Made by a program: the position numbers and the translations under genes. Source: Fimbriimonadia bacterium (GTDB lineage: Bacteria; Armatimonadota; Fimbriimonadia; Fimbriimonadales; JABRVX01). Taken from it: a stretch of DNA of 64,000 nt. The DNA is taken from assembly GCA_041483895.1 (NCBI GenBank), contig JBGPGO010000004.1, positions 33,987 through 97,986 on the forward strand. The letters run 5' to 3'. Of the stretch, positions 26,602 to 35,184 are shown piece after piece; within the stretch, counting starts at the first letter, position 1, and each line of letters starts with the position of its first letter. The notes below the pieces were generated by a model. The model searched no databases. It had not been told where the DNA came from and saw only the letters and a list, made by a program, of their open reading frames with translations.

Positions 26602-27735
26602 GTGAGATTTCTTTCTTTAGTGGTTCTCATTGCCGGTTCGGCGTCGATTGTAGCCCAGACGACCAAACCCGTCATCCATCGAACGTTCGATACCGTTGCC
26701 GACATCGAGGGCTGGAAGCCGTTCCGTGATGCGGACAAGGTGACCTTTGTCAAGCGAGCGGACAACGCCAACGACGTGCATTCCGGAGACGGCTCGATGG
26801 TGTTCACATACGTTGCGTCGAAGGGATCATTGCCCGTTCTGTTTTTCGAGGTTGGCGACGTTACGGAGATGAAGGCGGTCGATGTTTGGTTCAAGACCGA
26901 CGCGTCAACAGCGATTATCGTCGCCCTTGGGGAGCGGGACGAGCAAGTGGATGGTAAGAGCCAAAAAGGCGAGAGCTACAACACCATCGTTACCACAAAG
27001 GGCCACGAATGGACCCACGCGACGATTCCTTTGGAGGACTTCCAGCTCGACACCAACGACGGCAATCCGCGCCGAAACGGCAAGCTCGACACAAACAAGA
27101 TCGGATCGTTTGCTATGGTGGACATCCTCTCCGTGTTTGTTGCCGGCGACGAGAATCTGACCTATATCTTTGGCGATCACAGTGGTACGCAGCGGATATG
27201 CATTGACGACTTCCAGCTTGCCCCTGCCTTTGTGGCGAAACGCGCGGTGTTGGCTGCGAATCGAACCCCAATTGACATGTTCAATCGCAACTACATTAGC
27301 TGGGTGCCGTCAAAAGGGGTCGATTTGAAACAGTCAATCATGCCGGGAACGGCATCGGGATTTGGCCTCCACTTGGATTATGAACGTGCTGCCGGAAAGT
27401 TCAACGCCATGTTCCGCCCGATCGAAATTGGCGCCTTTGCGAACGCGAAGAGCATGGACTTTCAGGTCTCCAGCAGCCAAGAGATCCAATTGATTGTCGG
27501 CATTGAGGAGACAGACGGTGGGAAATGGAACATGATCCTGTCTATCCCCGGCGGCAATGCGGCGAGCAAGCAGGCGGTGGTGTTTGCCGAAATGAAGCCC
27601 GCCGACGACACCAAAGACTCGGATGGCAAATTGAGTCCGGAGAAAATTAAGTTGATCACTTTTGCCGACGCCACTCCGGATGCCGGGAAGGCGTCCCTAA
27701 CATTCGGTGAGATTGTTGCCAATAAATCGCATTAA
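26602..27735 (+). CDS. secreted protein with two beta-sandwich (CBM11/CIA30-like) domains
   Basis: GTG start 6 nt after GGAGG. Signal peptide RFLSLVVLIAGSASIVAQ. Two repeated ~170-aa halves. The domain call is tentative. Confidence 0.55.
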   Translation: MRFLSLVVLIAGSASIVAQTTKPVIHRTFDTVADIEGWKPFRDADKVTFVKRADNANDVHSGDGSMVFTYVASKGSLPVLFFEVGDVTEMKAVDVWFKTDASTAIIVALGERDEQVDGKSQKGESYNTIVTTKGHEWTHATIPLEDFQLDTNDGNPRRNGKLDTNKIGSFAMVDILSVFVAGDENLTYIFGDHSGTQRICIDDFQLAPAFVAKRAVLAANRTPIDMFNRNYISWVPSKGVDLKQSIMPGTASGFGLHLDYERAAGKFNAMFRPIEIGAFANAKSMDFQVSSSQEIQLIVGIEETDGGKWNMILSIPGGNAASKQAVVFAEMKPADDTKDSDGKLSPEKIKLITFADATPDAGKASLTFGEIVANKSH

Positions 27736-28070
27736 TTCGTCTCAAGGCGGTCATCTGGTAACCGGGTATACGAAAGAATTTCGCAAAATACCCCTTTCTG
27801 GGGACACTTTACTTATTCGCATGTCTACATAATCCGATACAGTTGCATCTCCGTTGCATTTGGGAGCCGGGAAGAGACATTTGAACCCCGATGGGAATTT
27901 GGAGACAGCCGAGTTCCGGTACGCTAGAGTGGAAGTTGGGGGAACATGCGAGATTCCATGTCAACATTCCGGCTCCCAATCGAATAAATCCGGCCAAGAC
28001 ACGTCCAAAAAGAGTATAATTCGTTCGTAGGCAAAACCACGTTTGTGGGCCTTTCTGCTGTTGAACGATT

Positions 28071-29786
28071 GTGTCAGGTCGTGATACGTTGGGCAAGAAA
28101 AATCAGGCGAGTCAGCCACCTGGTCCTCCAAGCGAAGGGCAATTAACTCGGCGCGAGGAGGAGATTCTTCTCGTGGCCGCTCAGGGATTGACTGACAAGC
28201 GGATCGCCGAGCAGCTGGGCATCAGCGCGGAAACTGTTACAACTCATTGGAAGAGGATTCGAGCGAAGTACGGCGCTTCCAATCGCGGAGAAGTGATCGC
28301 GATTGCCCTCGAGCGAAGGGCACAGGTTCTTCTCTTCGAAATCGCCCAACGCGCCCGCGTGGAAGATGAGCTCCGGAAACTGACGCGGGCCCTCGAACAG
28401 GCCCCGGTGGGTGTCATTATCGCGGATGCTTCGCGGGAGATCGAGTACGCAAATCCTGCCGCCGGCCGGGTATTCAATCGGCCCATAGAAGATCTGATCG
28501 GCAGCAGTACGGATAGCCTCAGCGTGTTTGAGAAAGATGCCCGGGCAAAGCTCTGGCAAGACCTCCAATCCGGCCGGCAGGTTAGCTTTCAATTCCAACC
28601 GAAAAGTACGTCCAGAGATCCAAAGTGGTGCGGCGCGACCATTTCCCCGTTGAGGGACGTTGCCGGAGAAATTACGCACATAGTCGGGATATGCGAGGAC
28701 ATCACGGATCGCAAACTGGCCGCACAAGCCCTGGAGGCGTCACAAGAACAGATTAAGACGATCCTGAGCATTGCGCCCATTATCCTTTTTGCGTTGGACC
28801 GGAACGGAAAGATTCTCGCGTCGGAAGGCCAAGGGATGCATTTGCTGGGACGCGAGCCTGGGGCATCGGTGGGCCAAAGCGTGTTTGATCTGTATGCCGA
28901 CAATCCCAAGCTGATCAGTGACGTTCAAAAAGCACTTGCCGGGATCGAAATCCAGGAGACTCAAGTCATTCTCGGTAGGATAGTTCAGGGCTGGGTGAAA
29001 CCGACGTTCGGCGAAGATGGCGAAGTTATCGGTGTCCACGGTGTTTCCGTCGATATTACGGACATGCGGGAAAAAGAAGAGCTGCTTCGGCGGACGGAAG
29101 AGCGGTATCGCCTGGTCGTCGAGCAGGCCCAAGATGCCATCGTGATCACGACCCGGCAAGGTGACATTTTGGAAATCAATCGTGCGGCGTGCGACCTGTT
29201 CGGTTATTCGGAACAAGAATTGGTAAACATGAACGTCGTGCAACTATGTGTTCCCGAAGATTTGGTGCGTCTGCCGATACAGCTTTCGGTGATCGCGGAC
29301 GGCGAGTCAGTTCGGTATGACCGCTTGGTTGTTAGACCAGACGGCGCAATTCGCTCGATTGAGATCGTCGCAAGCAGTCTGTCCGATGGGAGAATGCTCT
29401 CCGTGGCGCGGGATTTTACGGAGCGCAAACAAGCGGAAGACACTCTTCGATTGACCGAGGCAACGAACCTTGCTCTGCTGAATGCGATGCCGGATTGGGT
29501 GTTTCGGATCGGTCGCGACGGTAGGTATCTGGATTTCCATGGGGCTGCAAATAACAGTTTGCTGATGCCTCCGGAACAGTTTCTCGGCAAGACCAGCCAC
29601 GAGGTGATGCCAAAAGAGATCGCGGACAAAACCTTGGAGGCGATTGAGAAGGCCCTGGCGGACGGCAATGTGGTGGCATTTGAATACGAACTGGAGGTTG
29701 GCGGGGCGGTCCGATCGTTCGGGTGCCGGATTACCGCGTGCGGGCCGGACGAGGTGCTGGCGATCGTGGCCGAAAAGGGAGGCTAG
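28071..29786 (+). CDS. LuxR-family HTH regulator with four PAS domains
   Basis: N-terminal LTRREEEILLVAAQGLTDKRIAEQLGISAETVTTHWKRI (GerE/LuxR HTH), followed by four PAS-like repeats ending in DITDRK, DITDMRE and DFTERKQAE. No kinase, GGDEF or receiver domain. Confidence 0.8.
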   Translation: MSGRDTLGKKNQASQPPGPPSEGQLTRREEEILLVAAQGLTDKRIAEQLGISAETVTTHWKRIRAKYGASNRGEVIAIALERRAQVLLFEIAQRARVEDELRKLTRALEQAPVGVIIADASREIEYANPAAGRVFNRPIEDLIGSSTDSLSVFEKDARAKLWQDLQSGRQVSFQFQPKSTSRDPKWCGATISPLRDVAGEITHIVGICEDITDRKLAAQALEASQEQIKTILSIAPIILFALDRNGKILASEGQGMHLLGREPGASVGQSVFDLYADNPKLISDVQKALAGIEIQETQVILGRIVQGWVKPTFGEDGEVIGVHGVSVDITDMREKEELLRRTEERYRLVVEQAQDAIVITTRQGDILEINRAACDLFGYSEQELVNMNVVQLCVPEDLVRLPIQLSVIADGESVRYDRLVVRPDGAIRSIEIVASSLSDGRMLSVARDFTERKQAEDTLRLTEATNLALLNAMPDWVFRIGRDGRYLDFHGAANNSLLMPPEQFLGKTSHEVMPKEIADKTLEAIEKALADGNVVAFEYELEVGGAVRSFGCRITACGPDEVLAIVAEKGG

Positions 29787-29790
29787 ACAC

Positions 29791-31023
29791 ATGAAATTCG
29801 TCGGTTTTGTCGTTCTTCTTGTTCTCGCCGGCTGCCGGCCGAGCGGGGAGATCCATTCCGACATCGATGTCGGGGCACGGGATGCGGCGACCAAGTCCCT
29901 CCTGACCGACAGTGGCCAGGCGGTTGTCGAAGCCGACAACGAATTCGCTTTCCGACTTTTCGGGAAACTGATGGATGCGGAGCCGGGCACTTCGCTCTTC
30001 ATCTCCCCCCTGTCTGTTAGTCTGTCATTGCAGATGCTGCTAAACGGGGCTTCCGGGGAGACCGCTTCGGAACTGCGCGAGGCGCTCGGGATGTCGGGGA
30101 TGTCGGTGGAGGAGATCAACGCGGCGTCGGGAGACATGACGCGGTTGCTGGCAAACCTGGATTCCAAAGTGGAACTCTCCATCGCCAACTCCTTATGGGA
30201 TTACAAGACGCTGAAACTGGATCCCGGCTTTGTGCGGCGATTGAAGGATTCGTACGCATCCGAGGTGCACCAGATATCGGAGAATGACAATGGGCTGAAG
30301 GCGATCAACGATTGGGCGTCCGAAAAGACGCATGGACGGATCAAGCAGATCATCAAGCAGTTTCCTTCGACACCGATGGTGCTCTCGCTCCTCAATGCGG
30401 TCTATTTTAAGGGGGAGTGGAAGACCAAGTTCGACCCGGCGATGACCCACGACCTTCCGTTCAACACTTGGTCGGGCAGCAAGGACCTTCGGCCGATGAT
30501 GAACGGCTCTAAGCTGGAGTGCCGGTATGCGGAAACCAAAGAGTACCAGGTTATAGAGTTGCCGTACGGCGAAGGGCGAATGGGCCTTGTAATCGTCTTG
30601 CCAAACGAGAAGATCCGCTTGCCAAAGTTCTTGGCTACCCTCGACGGCAAGAAGTGGACAGATATGATGAAGAGCCTTACTAGTGGGAAGGCTGGGATCA
30701 CGATCCCACGCTTCAAAACGGAGGGCTTCCGGGCACTGGACAATCTCCTAAAGTCCCTTGGCATTCATCTGGTTTTCGATCCTGGGCAGGCCGATTTCAC
30801 TGCGTTGGGGCCAAGAGCCCGCGTGTGGGTAGGCGAGACCCGCCAGGCGAGTTGGGTGAGTGTCAACGAAGAAGGAACAGAAGCGGCGGCCGTGACGGAA
30901 GTGGATGTCACTACGAAGGCTGAGGACTTCGAATTCTCGATCTTCTGCGACCGGCCATTCTTCTACGCCATCCGAGACACCCAGACTGGCGTCATTCTGT
31001 TCATGGGCGCTTACGGCGGGTAA
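29791..31023 (+). CDS. serpin family protease inhibitor, lipoprotein-type signal
   Basis: Lipobox LVLAGC, NAVYFKGEW, hinge NEEGTEAAAVTE and C-terminal FCDRPFFYAIRD. Starts 4 nt after the preceding stop. Confidence 0.9.
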   Translation: MKFVGFVVLLVLAGCRPSGEIHSDIDVGARDAATKSLLTDSGQAVVEADNEFAFRLFGKLMDAEPGTSLFISPLSVSLSLQMLLNGASGETASELREALGMSGMSVEEINAASGDMTRLLANLDSKVELSIANSLWDYKTLKLDPGFVRRLKDSYASEVHQISENDNGLKAINDWASEKTHGRIKQIIKQFPSTPMVLSLLNAVYFKGEWKTKFDPAMTHDLPFNTWSGSKDLRPMMNGSKLECRYAETKEYQVIELPYGEGRMGLVIVLPNEKIRLPKFLATLDGKKWTDMMKSLTSGKAGITIPRFKTEGFRALDNLLKSLGIHLVFDPGQADFTALGPRARVWVGETRQASWVSVNEEGTEAAAVTEVDVTTKAEDFEFSIFCDRPFFYAIRDTQTGVILFMGAYGG

Positions 31024-31032
31024 GATCGCCGC

Positions 31033-32730
31033 GTGCGAGTTTCCCAAATGTACCTCCCAACCCTGCGCGAGGCGCCGGGCGACGCTGAGCTAATCAGCCA
31101 CAAGTTGCTGGTCCGCGCCGGATTTATCCGTCGCCAGGCCGCCGGCATCTACAACTATCTGCCTCTGGGCCTGCGCGTCCTTCGCAAGATTCAGAACATC
31201 GTTCGCGAGGAGCTGACCAGGGTTGGAGCGCAAGAGCTGCTGATGCCTTCGCTGGTGCCGATGGAGCTTCTGGAGCAGACCGGGCGGTCGAAAGTTGATG
31301 TGCTGTTTCCCGTTCGGGACCGGGCGGACCGGCTGTTTTCGCTCGGCTTTACGCACGAGGAAGTGATCACGGATATCTTCCGTCACACGGTACATTCGTA
31401 TAAGAACTTGCCCCTAAACTTATACCAAATACAGACAAAATTCCGAGACGAGCCGCGTCCTCGCGCCGGACTGATCCGCGCGCGCGAGTTCATCATGAAG
31501 GACGCCTACAGCTTCCATACGACTCAGGAGTCGCTCGACGAGACCTATGCGCTGATGGGGGAGGCGTACGAGCGGGCCTACACCCGGATGGGATTGGAGA
31601 CGCTGCGATGCGAGGCCGACTCCGGCGCCATCGGCGGCAGCGAGAACCACGAGTTTATGGTGGTCACCCCCGGCGGAGAAGACACTGTGCTGGTGAGCGA
31701 TGTGGGGAAATTTGCCGCCAACGCCGAGCGGTGCGAACTGCCCGACGCTTTCGAAACGCCGGTGGATGCGGGGGATGCGCCAGCGTGGGAATCCGTCGCC
31801 ACGCCGGGAGCGCATACGGTGGAGCAGGTCGCCGATTTCCTGAAAGTTGGACCGGAACGGATAGTCAAAACACTTTTGTATATGGCGGATGGGAAACCGA
31901 TTGCGGCCCCCGTTCGCGGCGATCGGGACCTGAATGAGGTCAAATTGCGGCGATACCTCGAAGCAGTCGAGATGAGGATGATGTCGCCCGAGGAGATCGA
32001 ACGGGTGACCGGCGCTCCGGTCGGATTTGCAGGTCCGGTCGGGCTGAATGGGGTGCGGATTGTCGCGGATTTCGAGCTAAAAGCGTTGCGCGATTTTGTG
32101 ACCGGCGCCAACAAGGACGAGACGCACAACATCCACGTCTGCCATGGTCGTGATTTCGCCGTGGAAGAATGGGCGGATTTGCGCGTGGCGGTGGCGGGAG
32201 ATCCGGCTCCGAATGGCGGCACATTGTCTACGGTCCGCGGCATAGAAGTTGGACATATCTTTCAGCTCGGCACGAAGTATTCAGAATCCATGGACGCGAA
32301 GGTGGTGGATGCCGACGGCGAGGAGCGGCCGGTTCTGATGGGCTGCTATGGACTGGGAATTTCGCGCTGCATGGCCGCCGTGGCCGAGGTCTGCGCGGAC
32401 GACGATGGGCTGATCTGGCCCGTCTCGATTTCTCCCTACTCCGTCGTCATCATATCTACTTCTCCCGACGAGGCGGTAGTTCGGGCGGCGGAGAACATCT
32501 ATGAAGAGCTCCGACAGCGGGGGGTGGAGGTAGTTTTCGACGACCGGGATGAGCGGGCCGGGGTGAAGTTTAAGGACGCGGACCTGATCGGCTGGCCGGT
32601 GCAAGTGGTTGCCGGCCGGGGTGTGGCCGAGGGTGTGGTAGAGGTAGGTCTTCGACGCGAAAAGTCCCGTCAATCCACGCCGATCGATGCAGCGACCAGC
32701 CGTGTGCTTGCACTGCTCGAACAAGGATGA
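31033..32730 (+). CDS. proS: proline--tRNA ligase (bacterial type with INS editing domain)
   Basis: LLVRAGFIRR, FRDEPRPRAGLIRAREFIMKDAYSF and the C-terminal anticodon-binding domain. 565 aa. Confidence 0.95.
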   Translation: MRVSQMYLPTLREAPGDAELISHKLLVRAGFIRRQAAGIYNYLPLGLRVLRKIQNIVREELTRVGAQELLMPSLVPMELLEQTGRSKVDVLFPVRDRADRLFSLGFTHEEVITDIFRHTVHSYKNLPLNLYQIQTKFRDEPRPRAGLIRAREFIMKDAYSFHTTQESLDETYALMGEAYERAYTRMGLETLRCEADSGAIGGSENHEFMVVTPGGEDTVLVSDVGKFAANAERCELPDAFETPVDAGDAPAWESVATPGAHTVEQVADFLKVGPERIVKTLLYMADGKPIAAPVRGDRDLNEVKLRRYLEAVEMRMMSPEEIERVTGAPVGFAGPVGLNGVRIVADFELKALRDFVTGANKDETHNIHVCHGRDFAVEEWADLRVAVAGDPAPNGGTLSTVRGIEVGHIFQLGTKYSESMDAKVVDADGEERPVLMGCYGLGISRCMAAVAEVCADDDGLIWPVSISPYSVVIISTSPDEAVVRAAENIYEELRQRGVEVVFDDRDERAGVKFKDADLIGWPVQVVAGRGVAEGVVEVGLRREKSRQSTPIDAATSRVLALLEQG

Positions 32731-33530
32731 ACGCAATCGGCGGCAAGGCTTCCGCATATTTTCACATCTACTTGACGGAGGTATTCGCCTATCGCGCAGC
32801 GGCCTTCCTGTGGATCCTGGCGGACAGCATCACCGCGCTCGTCCTTCCGGTAGTGTGGATTGCGGCCGCAGGCGACAAGGGGCATCTCGGTACCATGTCA
32901 GTGCCGGACGTGGTCACCTACTACGTGTTTTCCCTTGTCCTGTCACAGTTTATTATTAGCCACATGATGTGGGATATCGCGTTGGAAATTCGGGAGGGTG
33001 CGTTCACTGTTTATCTGTTGCGGCCGCTCAGTTACTTTTTCACACAATTCTTACGCAATGTGGCATGGAGGATTGGAAAGGTCGCCCTCTTTTTGCCGGT
33101 GCTGGCTCTCATGCTCGTTGTCTATTGGCCATATCTTGGTCAGTCTCACTTTCATATCGGCCCTCTATTCGTTCTCGCTACTTTTCTTGGGTTCATACTC
33201 AGCTTTTGCAACGCGTTTGCTGTCGGCATTATCGCGCTACGAACCCAAGAATGTTTCGCGATCATTCGGTTGTATTATATGCCGGAGCTCTTTCTATCGG
33301 GCAGGATGTTTCCGCTGGCTCTCATGCCTGGTTGGGTCGCGTTCATTGCCAATATCACCCCATTTCGATTCACGCTGTCCTTCCCTCTGGAACTGGCCCT
33401 TGGGCGCCTGGATCAGTCCGCGGTTCTCACAGGATTCATGATGCAGTCCGGTTGGATCGCTATCATGTCATTGATTGGATGGTATCTGTGGCGGTCGGGA
33501 TTGAAACACTACACGGGCGTGGGGATGTAG
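32727..33530 (+). CDS. ABC-2 family transporter permease (ABC2_membrane_6 / COG4587-COG3694-like), copy 1
   Basis: Six predicted TM helices, EIREGAFTVYLLRPLSY motif, C-terminal HYTGVGM. Confidence 0.7.
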   Translation: MNAIGGKASAYFHIYLTEVFAYRAAAFLWILADSITALVLPVVWIAAAGDKGHLGTMSVPDVVTYYVFSLVLSQFIISHMMWDIALEIREGAFTVYLLRPLSYFFTQFLRNVAWRIGKVALFLPVLALMLVVYWPYLGQSHFHIGPLFVLATFLGFILSFCNAFAVGIIALRTQECFAIIRLYYMPELFLSGRMFPLALMPGWVAFIANITPFRFTLSFPLELALGRLDQSAVLTGFMMQSGWIAIMSLIGWYLWRSGLKHYTGVGM

Positions 33531-34331
33531 ATGTCCACCTGGAGGAAATGGAAGGCGATCTATAACATATACTTCCAAGAAAGCATGGCATATCGCGCGA
33601 ACGCCATGATTTGGGCGCTGACAGATACCATACCCGCCGCCATCATGCCGCTGGCGTGGCTCAGCGCGTACGGTGGACGCTCACAGATTGCCGGATTCGA
33701 TCCGAAGCAGATGGTCACCTACTACATGATGGTTTTGCTCTTCACAAACTTCATCACCTGCCATTTGATGTGGGAGATGGCTTGGGAGATTAAGGAAGGT
33801 ATTTGGTCAACATTATTGATTAGGCCGGTTTCGGTATTTGAGATGTATTTGGTTCGAAACTTTTCTTGGCGAATCGTGCGAACGATTGTGTTTGTTCCGA
33901 TGCTCATAATGCTGCTTCTCGCCTATCATAATATGTTCGACTTTGGCCACCTCTATTTTGGATGGGAACTGTGGGCGTCGGTTATTCTTGGCCATCTCGT
34001 AAGCTTCTGCTTCGTTTTCGCTATGGGATTGCTGGCGCTGTGGTTTCAGGAGACGCACAGTTTATTCGGGCTATACTACATTCCCATGCTGTTCCTGTCT
34101 GGCCAGATGTTTCCGTTGTCGATGTTGCCGAAATGGGCGTTTATTCTCGGCGCGCTATTTCCGTTTCGATACACCACTGCCTTTCCGACGGAGATCGCGA
34201 TTGGCCGCACAACGGGCGCCGCGATGTATCAAGGGATGTTGCTGCAGATCGCGTGGATCGTGATTTCGCTCCTTGCGGCGCAGGTCCTATGGCGTCGTGG
34301 CATCAAACAATACACGGGAGTGGGCATGTGA
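33531..34331 (+). CDS. ABC-2 family transporter permease, copy 2
   Basis: Close paralogue of copy 1 (EIKEGIWSTLLIRPVSV, QYTGVGM). Abuts copy 1. Confidence 0.7.
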   Translation: MSTWRKWKAIYNIYFQESMAYRANAMIWALTDTIPAAIMPLAWLSAYGGRSQIAGFDPKQMVTYYMMVLLFTNFITCHLMWEMAWEIKEGIWSTLLIRPVSVFEMYLVRNFSWRIVRTIVFVPMLIMLLLAYHNMFDFGHLYFGWELWASVILGHLVSFCFVFAMGLLALWFQETHSLFGLYYIPMLFLSGQMFPLSMLPKWAFILGALFPFRYTTAFPTEIAIGRTTGAAMYQGMLLQIAWIVISLLAAQVLWRRGIKQYTGVGM

Positions 34332-35116
34332 AACGGCATTGGCGACTCTACATGGCGATGGTTAAGGCCAGCCTGCAACGGGAAATTGAATTTCGGGCTA
34401 ATTTTTGGGCCAAGGTCGGACAGAACATAGTTTGGCTGGCATTCTTCTTGCTCATTCTAAAGGTGCTTTACAGCCACACGAACAGTATCGCCGGGTGGTC
34501 CGAGGGTAAGTCATTTTTGTTGCTTGCCACATGCTATATCATGGCGTCGATTGTCGGCGCGGTATTTGGTATGAGCGTGCAAGAGATTCCAACGCTTGTA
34601 CGTATGGGGACCTTGGACTATGTGCTGGTAAAGCCCGTGGACAGTCAGTTCTGGGTCAGCGTTCGGTTGTTCAACTTCGATCAACTTGCGCCCATCATAG
34701 TCTCTTTTGGATTTCTGTGGTATGGCATGAGAATGGAGCACTTGTCGTTCAACTTGCTCTACCTCTGCACATATTTGGTGTTGGTAGTATCTGCCATTTT
34801 GATCTTTTATTCGCTGGAACTGATAATGATGACGCTCGGCATCTGGCTGGTGCGCGTCGAGAACCTTTGGGTGCTCGGCGAATCGATGTTCCAGGTTGCC
34901 CGATTCCCAATCGATATCTTTCCCCCAATCTTGCAAAAGGTGTTCTTTTACGTCATCCCACTGGCATTTATCGCGACGATTCCGACGGAGGCGCTTTGGG
35001 GCGGGCTACCGCCATTGACCATTGTGTATGGGATTGTTTGGAGCATTGTTTCCGTCATCGTCAGCCGCGCATTCTGGCGCTTCGCCCTGCGCCACTACAC
35101 GAGCGCGAGCAGTTAG
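34328..35116 (+). CDS. ABC-2 family transporter permease, copy 3 (more divergent)
   Basis: The GTG start overlaps the preceding stop. GTLDYVLVKPVDSQF motif and C-terminal HYTSASS. Confidence 0.65.
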   Translation: MKRHWRLYMAMVKASLQREIEFRANFWAKVGQNIVWLAFFLLILKVLYSHTNSIAGWSEGKSFLLLATCYIMASIVGAVFGMSVQEIPTLVRMGTLDYVLVKPVDSQFWVSVRLFNFDQLAPIIVSFGFLWYGMRMEHLSFNLLYLCTYLVLVVSAILIFYSLELIMMTLGIWLVRVENLWVLGESMFQVARFPIDIFPPILQKVFFYVIPLAFIATIPTEALWGGLPPLTIVYGIVWSIVSVIVSRAFWRFALRHYTSASS

Positions 35117-35184
35117 CGGATCATTCCGAAAATTCGGCTTGCGCCCAAGTCAATCTGGCTCGAATCGGGCGCAAGGCGATACAT

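Noticed and set aside
29307-30188. 293-aa minus-strand ORF spanning the PAS regulator/serpin junction
   Set aside because: It is antisense to two genes with strong family signatures, and no motif was recognised.
31033-32730. proS next to transporters as a possible self-resistance copy for an aaRS inhibitor cluster
   Set aside because: The gene looks like the ordinary bacterial-type ProRS with an editing domain, and no biosynthetic genes are nearby. Nothing in the sequence supports a second, resistance-type copy.
33962-34327. N-terminal extension of the third ABC-2 permease ORF (track 33962..35116)
   Set aside because: It overlaps the second permease gene in another frame. The GTG at 34328 gives a start overlapping the upstream stop and an N-terminus homologous to the other copies.
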